A stretch of DNA of 64,000 nt from the NCBI GenBank assembly GCA_965221865.1, contig OZ244918.1, positions 1,318,724 through 1,382,723 on the forward strand, read 5' to 3'. The translations under genes and the position numbers were made by a program. Below are positions 8,601-16,235 of this stretch, piece after piece (positions within the stretch are counted from its first letter, which is position 1; every line of letters starts with the position of its first letter). Below the pieces are notes generated by a model, which saw only the letters and a program-made list of their open reading frames with translations, was not told the DNA's origin and made no database searches. The stretch is from Candidatus Poriferisocius sp. Its GTDB lineage: Bacteria; Actinomycetota; Acidimicrobiia; Acidimicrobiales; Bin134.

Positions 8601-8977
8601 TAGAAGACCACCACGACATGGTGGCAATTGCGCTTGATGGTCCGTTGCGAGCGCCCCCAAACAAAGCTACCGGTGCGCTGCTAGGCGTGAGGGCAAAGTG
8701 TTGGCAAAAGCTCAACGACCACCGCGCCACCATGACACCAAGCCTATTGGTAAACCCCGAAGAGCTAGACGCAGCCCTCGATACTATTACCCAGCGTCCC
8801 CTGCTTGAAGCTGTCAAACAAAAACTGTCCAACGCTATCCGTAACCGCACCCCCGAAGATTTGGCCGCGCTGGTAATCGACCTCCACAAAGACAACCAAC
8901 TCTGCGTACCAGTCTCCCAAAATAACACGCAAGCCGAGCCCAGCATCATCTGCTCGATGGGACTCCAACCCAAATAG
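5654..8977 (+). CDS. Fusion protein: N-terminal PLD-family (single HKD) nuclease domain, SNF2/DExH helicase and a C-terminal domain of about 300 aa
   Basis: The HKD motif is LHAKLYLCHRDD...VGSSNLT (residues about 139-165). Helicase motifs are I GLGKT, II DESH, III TATP, and VI QRAGRVDRIGQ in the Helicase_C part. Confidence 0.85.
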   Translation: MPLILDNIDSSLEETMLKSLASSHSLDAAVGYFNLRGWRLIANAVDALPRQQSNQPKVRLLVGMTENPTDEMRRLMRLRPTQPVTNEIAEQHRNKVIKELRAQLQVGLPTAQDEAALQQLRQQIATGDVEIRLFLAHRLHAKLYLCHRDDTAAPRVGYVGSSNLTKAGLREQGELNVDVLDTDATTKLANWFNDRWNDQFTVPANPQLINLLDESWASEKLLDPYLVYLKMAYHLSSEAREGLIQYGLPASMAEKLLDFQVAAVKIAARIVHQRGGAMVGDVVGLGKTIVGTAIARLLQEENGFETLIICPKNLVAMWESYRHEYRLHGRVLSLSMATKELPSMRRHRLVLVDESHNLRNPKRKDYQVLHDYITANDSKVLLLTATPYNKEFADVAAQIALFTRPDTDLGIRPTQAIAEHTEAEFAALCEGQTSTLAAFQKSDHLGDWQALMSQFLVRRTRRFIQDNYARQDEKGRPYLTFGNGGRFHFPERQAHPVEREVAPSDPAAAMMSPNTIDAIANLLLPRYNLARYLNPKETPTEAEQAVIDDLHNSANGNLSGFNRIMMFKRLTSSGPAFLATLRRHALRNLVALHAINHQEPLPVGSVDNSLWSAELDAEEGDLFEEGLFSPSEVPDISVPMRAYQKLAETRHGRVRWLRPELFTEEFGDALRTDTQAIKELLSEFGAWNAKHDGKIASLMELITRKHPTEKVLVFTEAADTAAYLDEELSRRGLEDVAAVTGNSENPTALACRFSPQSNQGVDAGRNQPELRVLISTDVLSEGQNLQDARIVVNYDLPWAIVRLVQRAGRVDRIGQQAKTVLVYSLMPSGSVDEEINLRSRIRGRLEENAELLGSDEKFFGDDTERAVISGLYDENSDYRFTDGGEEVDPVSMAYEIWRQAAENYPDIAKQVEALPNVVYATMAKQPGGLQEGLLAGVVVHSQTVSGADAFAFTDIDGESQHITPQEALRTTYCTPETKPANRLEDHHDMVAIALDGPLRAPPNKATGALLGVRAKCWQKLNDHRATMTPSLLVNPEELDAALDTITQRPLLEAVKQKLSNAIRNRTPEDLAALVIDLHKDNQLCVPVSQNNTQAEPSIICSMGLQPK

Positions 8978-9020
8978 CCTAGAACCCAGCACATACTTTG
9001 CTTGATATAATTGAGATTAC

Positions 9021-9041
9021 TTGACATTTTATTGATGTCAA
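9021..9041. promoter_or_regulatory. Inverted repeat ttgacat-N7-atgtcaa overlapping a -35-like TTGACA; candidate operator for the RHH antitoxin
   Basis: A perfect 7-bp palindrome was read from the sequence, about 40 nt upstream of the antitoxin start. A strong Shine-Dalgarno sequence (aaaggagg) lies at 9068-9075. Confidence 0.35.
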
Positions 9042-9078
9042 CACACTTAATTAGCTTCTAACTGCTAAAGGAGGCCGC

Positions 9079-9300
9079 ATGAACCAAATAACTGCTAGGA
9101 TTTCTGATGAATTAGTTGAAACACTAGATGCAGTTGCCCAAGATTTAAGGCGCAGTCGAGCTGATGTTGTTCGCCAAGCTTTGGAACACTACTTAGAGGA
9201 CTATAGCGATCTCAAAGTTGCTCTTGAACGTCTCAGAGATCCAACTGACCCGGTGCTTGACTGGGACCAAGTCAGACATGAGCTACTCGATTCGGATTAA
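9079..9300 (+). CDS. Ribbon-helix-helix (CopG/RelB-like) antitoxin
   Basis: The translation MNQITARISDELVETLDAVAQDLRRSRADVVRQALEHYLED shows the classic RHH pattern. The gene overlaps the downstream toxin gene. Confidence 0.75.
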   Translation: MNQITARISDELVETLDAVAQDLRRSRADVVRQALEHYLEDYSDLKVALERLRDPTDPVLDWDQVRHELLDSD

Positions 9301-9538
9301 ACGCAGCGCAACCAAAGATTTAACGCAAATTACTCACAAAGATCACAAACGAATTATCTATGCTATAAACCGACTTGGCGAACATCCACACATGGGCTAC
9401 CTATTAAAAGGAGATTTACGGGGACTGCGTCGCGTACGTGTAGGTGAGTATAGAATAATTTATGAAGTCATTGATGATGAGCTAGTGGTTATCGTTATTC
9501 GAGCTGCACACCGAAGAGAAGTCTACCGCCATCATTAA
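9278..9538 (+). CDS. RelE/ParE-family toxin
   Basis: The translation is MSYSIRIKRSATKDLTQITHKDHKRIIYAINRLGEHPHMGYLLKGDLRGLRRVRVGEYRIIYEVIDDELVVIVIRAAHRREVY. I placed the start at ATG 9278 within ORF 9218-9538, which overlaps the antitoxin by 23 nt. Confidence 0.75.
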   Translation: MSYSIRIKRSATKDLTQITHKDHKRIIYAINRLGEHPHMGYLLKGDLRGLRRVRVGEYRIIYEVIDDELVVIVIRAAHRREVYRHH

Positions 9539-9770
9539 AACAGATAAAACAGTGGCTCATCATTGATTAAGCTAAATGCATTACTTAACAACAGACTTGC
9601 CAAGCCAAAAGTAAAGGCAAAACATTCAGTAAATCTCAAGCACCCATGCCTAATCAGTTTGCCTGCCACAATAGAACTGTTAAATCAGCTGCAACCTAAC
9701 CAAACCCCTAGAAGCCTAAAAACCCAACGGCTAAGATTGGCCGATGTTGATATTTGCAGAAAACCAGTTT

Positions 9771-10235
9771 ATGACAAGGCGGATGAGGATCGCCCATCTT
9801 GTGGGGACTGGCCTTTCGGCAGTCATGACAGGCGTGCTGGTGTTAACCTGGCTTCTTGTTGCCGATGCATCAGACAAGTCACCACTAGTTGCTCGATGGT
9901 GGTTACCGCTAATTGCCTTGGTGAGTTTAGGAACTTCGCTGATGCTGCAAATCCGCATCCGGGTTGATACCACTCAGTATTGTGTACAGCTTTGGCCCTG
10001 GCCTATAAAAACGAAGATTCCAGTTGCTGAAATCACAGCTGCTTGCATTGGTACGGTACGCCCATTTAGAGAGTTCGGGGGTTGGGGCTATAGGGCTAGA
10101 CCGGGCCGCAGGCTCTACAGTTTGGGTGGCCGCCACGGAGTAACCGTTGAATATCAGCACAAAAATAAACCCCGCAAGCTCACCGTAACCACGCAACAAG
10201 CGGACGGGCTGCTCAGCGCTTTGCAAAAAAATTAG
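9771..10235 (+). CDS. Hypothetical membrane protein with two predicted TM helices and a small C-terminal soluble domain
   Basis: Hydrophobic stretches are IAHLVGTGLSAVMTGVLVLTWLLV and WWLPLIALVSLGTSLMLQI. I recognise no family, and the start at the internal ATG 9771 is a choice. Confidence 0.35.
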   Translation: MTRRMRIAHLVGTGLSAVMTGVLVLTWLLVADASDKSPLVARWWLPLIALVSLGTSLMLQIRIRVDTTQYCVQLWPWPIKTKIPVAEITAACIGTVRPFREFGGWGYRARPGRRLYSLGGRHGVTVEYQHKNKPRKLTVTTQQADGLLSALQKN

Positions 10236-11326
10236 GGGCCAAGCACTCCAGCAGGGATTATCGCGACACCATTTTCATCGCGATAAGACTCTTGCCCTGA
10301 GGTGATTACAACAGTGTCTACTAGCTTTGGTCCGAGACGATCTCGCAACCAAGGCAAATGACGAGTGTCGTGGCTATCTATATCTGCTCCAAACTTAACC
10401 TCCGCAGCTAATAGCCGACCCCGATGCTCAATCACTGCATCTACCTCACGCTCATCGTTCCAAGTTCGCATATGGAATACTTTGGCATCTGCGGCCTGTG
10501 CATACACGCGAAGATCGTGAACCACCATCGACTCAAATAGGGAACCAACTAAAGCCGGTCTAGCAGAATTAGACATATCTTGTAGCTGAAAATCCTGCTC
10601 CTGCATAGACTCAGCAGACAGGCTTAGCAAATGAGCTGCAAGTGCGGTGTCTGCTAAGTGATGTTTTGGTTTGCGCTTTAGGCGACTTAAGTGACTGCCT
10701 ACGGGAAGCCAAGCTAGTTGGGGCTCTAGTATCCACATTGCCTCAAGCGTGTCACGGTAGGCAATTGTGGTAGTTTTTGCAGGTTTATCGCTCTCGCCAA
10801 AAGTAGCTGCATCGCGGATTGTTTCATAAGAAGCAGTGCTAGCGGTTGCAGCAGCATAGGCAGTTAGCCAACGAAGCAACGCAGCAGGATTGCGAACTTG
10901 ATAGCCTGCAAGAGGAAAATCATGCTCTACTAATCTGTGAATATAGCTATCTAGCAGCAAACTTCGGGCTCGGCCGCTGATGTTATGCCACCCAGGAAAA
11001 CCCCCTACTACGATCTCATCTAGATAATCCTGTTGCGTTAGTTCACAGTGCTTAACCTCTACAAATTGGTCTCCTGCAAGCAAAGATTTCAAGCTAATCT
11101 TCGACACGTTTGGATAACGCTCGGCCAAAGTGGTAGTCCACATGCGTAAAGTGATAATCCGTCCAGCGCCCGAGTGCGCGGGAGGGGTTTCTGGCAGAGC
11201 TGAACCAGTCAAAATAAATTTCCCGGGGCTGAAATCCTTATCCACAGCTCTACGCACAATGTCCCAAGACTCGGGAAAACGCTGCCACTCATCGATCAAA
11301 ATCGGCGGCTCTCCCTCTAGCAGCAA
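10232..11326 (-). pseudogene. DUF4143-type ATPase lacking its N-terminal P-loop segment (5'-truncated remnant)
   Basis: The ORF begins at (L)LLEGEPPILIDEWQRF, which is the Walker B region. Reading upstream in frame gives ...GAEVQADPR, preceded by a TGA at 11354-11356. No Walker A is encoded upstream. The C-terminal part is DUF4143-like and aligns with the paralog at 56554-57822. Confidence 0.6.
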
Positions 11327-11385
11327 GCGAGGATCGGCTTGTACTTCTGCTCCTCACATAGCCTACTTTTTCTCAGATAGGTTGG

Positions 11386-11622
11386 TTAGCCAAATGATTC
11401 CCTGACAAGCACACTGGCCTGATCGAAAACCATATCGGGAACACGCACTCCTATGGGCCTCACTACCGACTTTGAATGTGGATCCACTACAGCGGTAACC
11501 GAGCCCATCACCACCTCAACCATGCCATCGGGGAGCAACGTTAAGGTGTGCGTTACCTGACCGGTGCAATCAACCATCTGCGTAGATGCTAAGTACTTAG
11601 ACAAATCCACTAAAACCTCCAT
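11386..11622 (-). CDS. Hypothetical small protein
   Basis: This is supported only by an ORF (MEVLVDLSKYLASTQMVDCTGQ...). It is divergent from the Fur-family gene and has no motif I recognise. Confidence 0.25.
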   Translation of the reverse strand: MEVLVDLSKYLASTQMVDCTGQVTHTLTLLPDGMVEVVMGSVTAVVDPHSKSVVRPIGVRVPDMVFDQASVLVRESFG

Positions 11623-11669
11623 GTTTGTCAACAACCATAACAACCAAAGTACTTGAGTAATATGTTGTA

Positions 11670-12113
11670 ATGGCTCCGCGGCTTATCAAAACCCACGATT
11701 TAGTAGCAGCGCGCCTACGTGAAGCTAGCCAAATCTATACTAGAGGGCGCCGCGAGTTAGTAGATCTGCTTTTGAGCACCGGTCGCCCAGCAACTATCTC
11801 TGAAATACTAGAACTACACCCTCGGCTAACACAAAGCTCCCTGTACCGGAACATGGCCGACCTCGAAAACGTAGGCATAGTAAGACGGGTTGTTGGTGTG
11901 GATGACCTAACTCGCTATGAGTTCTCCGTTGACATAATCGGCCACCACCACCACACCATCTGCACCAAATGTGGCGGAGTTGACGACTTCCTAATACCTC
12001 CTGAAGCCGAAAGCAGCCTAGAAACAGCACTTGACAAAGCGTTGAGCGCAAATGGATTCCAGCCCAACTCTCACCGCCTAGACGTATACGGCACCTGCCC
12101 CAACTGTTGCTAA
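11670..12113 (+). CDS. Fur-family metalloregulator (Fur/Zur/PerR type)
   Basis: The protein has an N-terminal wHTH, a His-rich site (GHHHHTICTKCG) and paired CxxC motifs (CTKC ... CPNCC). Confidence 0.8.
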   Translation: MAPRLIKTHDLVAARLREASQIYTRGRRELVDLLLSTGRPATISEILELHPRLTQSSLYRNMADLENVGIVRRVVGVDDLTRYEFSVDIIGHHHHTICTKCGGVDDFLIPPEAESSLETALDKALSANGFQPNSHRLDVYGTCPNCC

Positions 12114-12290
12114 CCCGCTCTACGTGTTGGATCGATTATTCATACCATAGGAAAACAAAATTTTCTTGGGCACTAGGCAAAACACGCACGCCTATATATG
12201 CTGAAGTTGAACCAAACCAGCCCTTTCCCTTATACACATTGAACAAAACTACTAAGCTGCCAGTCATCTCAAGGGACGGTCATAATACAA

Positions 12291-12596
12291 ATGGAAGGCA
12301 ACTTAACCGTGACAGAAACAATTTCAGTTCACCATAACAGTCCTACCCAAATACGTAAAGACGACTATCTCTACGATTTCTCCAATCCTTTCGAAGCTTT
12401 TGATGAGGCAGTTCAACAATTAAATACAGAGCTTATCCACATTGTTGCCGGTGTTCATCCCGGCCAATTTTCTCCAACACAAGAATGGCGAAGAAGAGAT
12501 GAGAATATTCATGCCCACTTCAAACGTGTCAGCGACCATATTGTTTACGCTACCGTTTCTGCCTGCAAAGAACCCTTGTCTAGAAAAGCACGTTAA
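12291..12596 (+). CDS. Hypothetical protein
   Basis: This is supported only by an ORF in a lower-GC stretch, with no recognised motif. Confidence 0.2.
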   Translation: MEGNLTVTETISVHHNSPTQIRKDDYLYDFSNPFEAFDEAVQQLNTELIHIVAGVHPGQFSPTQEWRRRDENIHAHFKRVSDHIVYATVSACKEPLSRKAR

Positions 12597-12610
12597 GACA
12601 CTCTAACTAG

Positions 12611-12825
12611 ATAAACGATACTGCCAATAACCACTCAGACGAAAACGAACTGCGAGAGATTCACTCTGCTAACCCGCTGATCCCTGAGGAAGTTATTAGC
12701 CAGATTCAAGAGATCATTAGAGAAACAATTTCCATCGAATATTCTTGACGGGGACCGTTACCCCACCCGAGGCACTTGAAGCTTATGCAAAAGTCGTCCC
12801 AAACATGCCTGTTGTGTTTGACTAG
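12611..12825 (+). pseudogene. Fragment of a DUF2335-like (phage-associated membrane protein) gene with an in-frame TGA and a frameshift
   Basis: My translation is ...SQIQEIIRETISIEYS*RGPLPHP followed, after a frame change, by PPEALEAYAKVVPNMPVVFD*. GPLPxPExLExYxxxxP is the hallmark DUF2335 motif. The fragment has no start codon. Confidence 0.35.
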
Positions 12826-13013
12826 CTTCATCAGCGACCTACCGACAGAGTGTTTAGTGTGGTACAGTGTTTGTTCGTATCATGTCGGGTGATTGCATAA
12901 AATCAGCTATACAACAATCACCACAGAAGTTGCATTGTTATGTAAATTATGCATAAATCAAGCTATTTTTACTAACTGTTTAAAAAAATACATAACTTAT
13001 GTAAACTGCCAAG

Positions 13014-13448
13014 ATGGACGCAGATACAATACGTGAACTGCTTGCGGCAGGTGAAACCCTGACGGTGGATTGCAAAAACGAAAAAATCAACCAAGACGAA
13101 CCAGCAGCAGCAGTTATCGCTTGGTAGACCTGCTCCTGATTACACCCGTAGTACACCCGTAGTAATGATACATCAGTAGTGGCCCAGGTACGGTCTGGTC
13201 TAGCTGATGCCAAGTTAGCTGGCTATATCGTCCAAGTTCGTGAATCAGGTAGAGAGATGACTCTGGAGGATCTGCTAACCCTGCACAAGCTACGGGCTGA
13301 ACGTAGAATTACTACAGAGCGAGCTGCGGCATTATTTCAGGTTGATCAAACCTCAGCAAGAGCTACCCTCAACTCGTTGGTTGAGCGTGGCTTGTTAGAA
13401 TCTCGCGGCGAACGACGTGGGACAAGATACAAGCTGGCGGATCACTAG
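13014..13448 (+). pseudogene. Internally deleted AlbA_2/Schlafen-type putative DNA-binding regulator (annotated 'RecG-like' in some databases)
   Basis: The N-terminal piece 13014-13127 reads MDADTIRELLAAGETLTVDCKNE..., an AlbA_2-type start. The C-terminal piece, ORF 13179-13448, reads ...LEDLLTLHKLRAERRITTERAAALFQVDQTSARATLNSLVERGLLESRGERRGTRYKL, a terminal wHTH. The central ATPase-like part is absent. Confidence 0.45.
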
Positions 13449-13460
13449 TTTGAGTGTGCC

Positions 13461-14555
13461 TTATTTATCTTTAATAGCACTCGCTACAGAACCAGCGGGA
13501 TAGCTAAGACCAATAAGCACAATCGCAGCAACCATCGCAGTAAAAGACTGAAACGCTAGTATTTGCCCATGATTTAGGCTGCTAACACGGGTGATGGTAT
13601 GAAGTAGCGAAGCCACAACAAAAGCAGCTGCACTGATAAGCACTAACTCTACTACCACCACTAGTTTGGCTGATGTTTTTGTTGCACCCGTAAGACGATA
13701 CAGGGCGATCTCAGCTCTGCGCCTAGTCATCGCTCCAAAGACAACCAAAGCACCAATCGCAGTCGCACCAAAAGGCAGCAACCTACTTGCACGATTAGCA
13801 TAACGATACGAAAGAGAGTCCTCACCCTGTGGAACCCGCACAAAACGTGAAAAATCGGGTGGGTTCCCAGCAGCGGTTACTAAAGATGCGACAGCCCGCT
13901 GCACGCTCTCATCTACCCACGGCTCAAACTCCACCAAACAGCTTTCTGCTTCACCAGTTTCCGATGCCAAAAGCCACAAACCAGCATCACTTAGCAAGCC
14001 AAACCGTTTTAGGTTCGCCACAGCAACTTTTCCAACCACATTGACTTTGGCACTTCCTAATCTGCTGCGTGCAATATCTGCTGCAATGTAACTACCAGCA
14101 GCGATGCCAAGCTGTGCAGCACCCTTATTTCCCAACACTGCCACGCTATTTGCCAGCGGGGTTTTGCCCGCTACTAACTGCACTAGCGATGGGGATATTT
14201 GCCCTGCAGTTAACTCTGCCGCAAAAGGAGATTTGCTAAAAGTAGCCCGAGCATTACGACTTATGATTAGGCCAGTTCCAAGCGTCCCTTGTGTAGCTGC
14301 AAGCGCACCACATCGTGTGCCAGAAATCACAGCCCCATCGTCCGAGCGCAAGGCGAGTACCGCCCAAGCACCCTCGTGCTGCAACCGTTGCTCACTTTTC
14401 ACAAGTGCCTCTACCTCACGCTGCTCAGCATGAGCTATAAACCAGTAAACCAAACTAAAAACAACAGCAAGAACCACCGAAATAAACAACGAAGATCGCA
14501 TATTACGGCAAGCTTCAAGCAACCACACTCCGGTTTTCCAGCTATGGTTTTGCAT
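13461..14555 (-). CDS. ABC transporter permease, FtsX/MacB-like
   Basis: The protein has an N-terminal TM helix, a large extracytoplasmic domain and three C-terminal TM helices. It lies directly downstream of an ABC ATPase. Confidence 0.65.
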   Translation of the reverse strand: MQNHSWKTGVWLLEACRNMRSSLFISVVLAVVFSLVYWFIAHAEQREVEALVKSEQRLQHEGAWAVLALRSDDGAVISGTRCGALAATQGTLGTGLIISRNARATFSKSPFAAELTAGQISPSLVQLVAGKTPLANSVAVLGNKGAAQLGIAAGSYIAADIARSRLGSAKVNVVGKVAVANLKRFGLLSDAGLWLLASETGEAESCLVEFEPWVDESVQRAVASLVTAAGNPPDFSRFVRVPQGEDSLSYRYANRASRLLPFGATAIGALVVFGAMTRRRAEIALYRLTGATKTSAKLVVVVELVLISAAAFVVASLLHTITRVSSLNHGQILAFQSFTAMVAAIVLIGLSYPAGSVASAIKDK

Positions 14556-14575
14556 AGTTATTTAGGGGGAAAATT

Positions 14576-15226
14576 TCAGTAGGATTGGTGAATTCGGCCG
14601 TCAACAACCTCTACAACCCGGTCGCAACGCTCAGCTAACAACAGATCATGGGTTGCAAGCAGCAACCCTTGCCCATAATCAGCACTGCACCTCAAAATTA
14701 TATTAGCAACGCTTGTAGATGTGGAAAGATCGAGTTGTCCAGTGGGCTCATCTGCAAAAATAAAAGCACTCCGACCGAGAATAGCTCGACAAATTGCCAC
14801 CCTCTGGCGTTCGCCCCCGCTAAGGCGACGCAAAGGTACGTAAGGCGACACAGCAAGCCCTAATTCTCGCAGCAGTCCTAATGCTACTTTGCGATCCACC
14901 TTACGTTGGCGACCTCGAACATTGGACACCACCAAAACGTTGTCTAAAACCGAACGACGGGGCAACATCGTATCTGCCTGTGGTATCCACGACACCAACC
15001 TCTGTGCATCACATGGCTCGCCATGATAATCTGCAAACACACGCCCATAAGTAGGCTTTTCTATCCCACCAAACAAAGACAAAAGTGTGCTCTTCCCGGA
15101 ACCGCTGGGGCCTACCACTGCCACCGACTCACCTGATTGCACCTTGAAGCTCACATCAAACAGAATTGCCTTTGCAAGCCCCTTTGGGTGAAACGAAACC
15201 GACTCAACAGCTATAAAACTACTCAT
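14576..15226 (-). CDS. ABC transporter ATP-binding protein (MacB/LolD-like)
   Basis: Walker A is GPSGSGKST, the ABC signature is LSGGERQR, and Walker B is FIFADEPTGQLD. Confidence 0.9.
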   Translation of the reverse strand: MSSFIAVESVSFHPKGLAKAILFDVSFKVQSGESVAVVGPSGSGKSTLLSLFGGIEKPTYGRVFADYHGEPCDAQRLVSWIPQADTMLPRRSVLDNVLVVSNVRGRQRKVDRKVALGLLRELGLAVSPYVPLRRLSGGERQRVAICRAILGRSAFIFADEPTGQLDLSTSTSVANIILRCSADYGQGLLLATHDLLLAERCDRVVEVVDGRIHQSY

Positions 15227-16235
15227 TTACAACTTTGCTCCCACAGTTAGTTAAACCTAAATCAATAGGATTAGCTAACACCTCAGCTTCAATTATTGGC
15301 GCAAGATACACTAAAGCAGCTTCACCGCCCACAATATCTACATTTTGAACTTTTTGTGTACTGGTATATATGCAAGCAGTACCTGCTGCAGATCGTTGAA
15401 CTGCTGTGACAGGCACTAAAGACACATTGCCTAAACGTTGCTCCACCCGCACACTTAAGGCATCTACGCCAGTCGCCACCACAGCTTCTAGTGCCGACAG
15501 TGCAGTAGAAGGTACTTGCCCTTCATCGTTAAGAGCAATCTCTGTGCCATCAGGTAAAACAATCCAAGTTTGCTCCCAGCTAGAAAGCTGTTTAGAAAAA
15601 TCACGCAAATTAGCTGCTAATAATTCTGGGCGAGTTGTAAACCCAGAAGTCCTTCCAAATAGCTCTTGTCCAATCTGTACATCGCTGCTAGCAATCCATA
15701 CAGGATCAGACGGCAACCAAACAATTTTAGTGTGATCAAAATCAGAACTATCGCTTAATTCAAAACGTTGATTAAAGCTAAAAACTGCATCCGCTAGCGT
15801 AGAATCAAAGTAAGTTACTTGCTTGTCACCCGAAAACAAAATGCCTGTAGAGATCAAAATATCTGCCAGCATCTGCACATCTATCCCTCTATCGCCCTCT
15901 ACTAAAGAGCGATGAAATGGCGCTGGAGTATGCCAGCCTACAACAGGTAAAGCATCTACAGCTAAAATGGGTGTGCTTGAACTTACAGAATCGCCTGCTT
16001 CAACATATATTGCTGTTACTAAACCAGGCGTAGCAATCCAAAGACCATTAACACTACTCCATTTCATTCCTAAAGTAGCAAACGAGGTATTTGTTGCCTG
16101 CTGCTTTAGCACAGCTACTACTATGGGTTCAGGTTGAGCATCTTGAGCTAGAGGGCTTTGCGCACAACCTGCAAGCAATAGCCACAGCGCTATTACTTTT
16201 GTGATGTACTGCAAAAACCCTCTGTGAAGAATCAA
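15219..16235 (-). CDS. Lipoprotein of the membrane-fusion / periplasmic-adaptor type with a peptidoglycan-binding-like segment
   Basis: The lipobox is LLLAGCAQ. A lipoyl-like hairpin reads GLVTAIYVEAGDSVSSSTPILAVD, and a PG_binding_1-like stretch reads GDRGIDVQMLADILISTG. The gene overlaps the ABC ATPase gene by 8 nt. Confidence 0.5.
   Translation of the reverse strand: MILHRGFLQYITKVIALWLLLAGCAQSPLAQDAQPEPIVVAVLKQQATNTSFATLGMKWSSVNGLWIATPGLVTAIYVEAGDSVSSSTPILAVDALPVVGWHTPAPFHRSLVEGDRGIDVQMLADILISTGILFSGDKQVTYFDSTLADAVFSFNQRFELSDSSDFDHTKIVWLPSDPVWIASSDVQIGQELFGRTSGFTTRPELLAANLRDFSKQLSSWEQTWIVLPDGTEIALNDEGQVPSTALSALEAVVATGVDALSVRVEQRLGNVSLVPVTAVQRSAAGTACIYTSTQKVQNVDIVGGEAALVYLAPIIEAEVLANPIDLGLTNCGSKVVNE

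Noticed and set aside
9563-9973. ORFs 9563-9967 (+) and 9731-9973 (-) downstream of relE
   Set aside because: They overlap each other and the better-supported membrane-protein ORF. They have no Shine-Dalgarno sequence, no motifs and odd composition.
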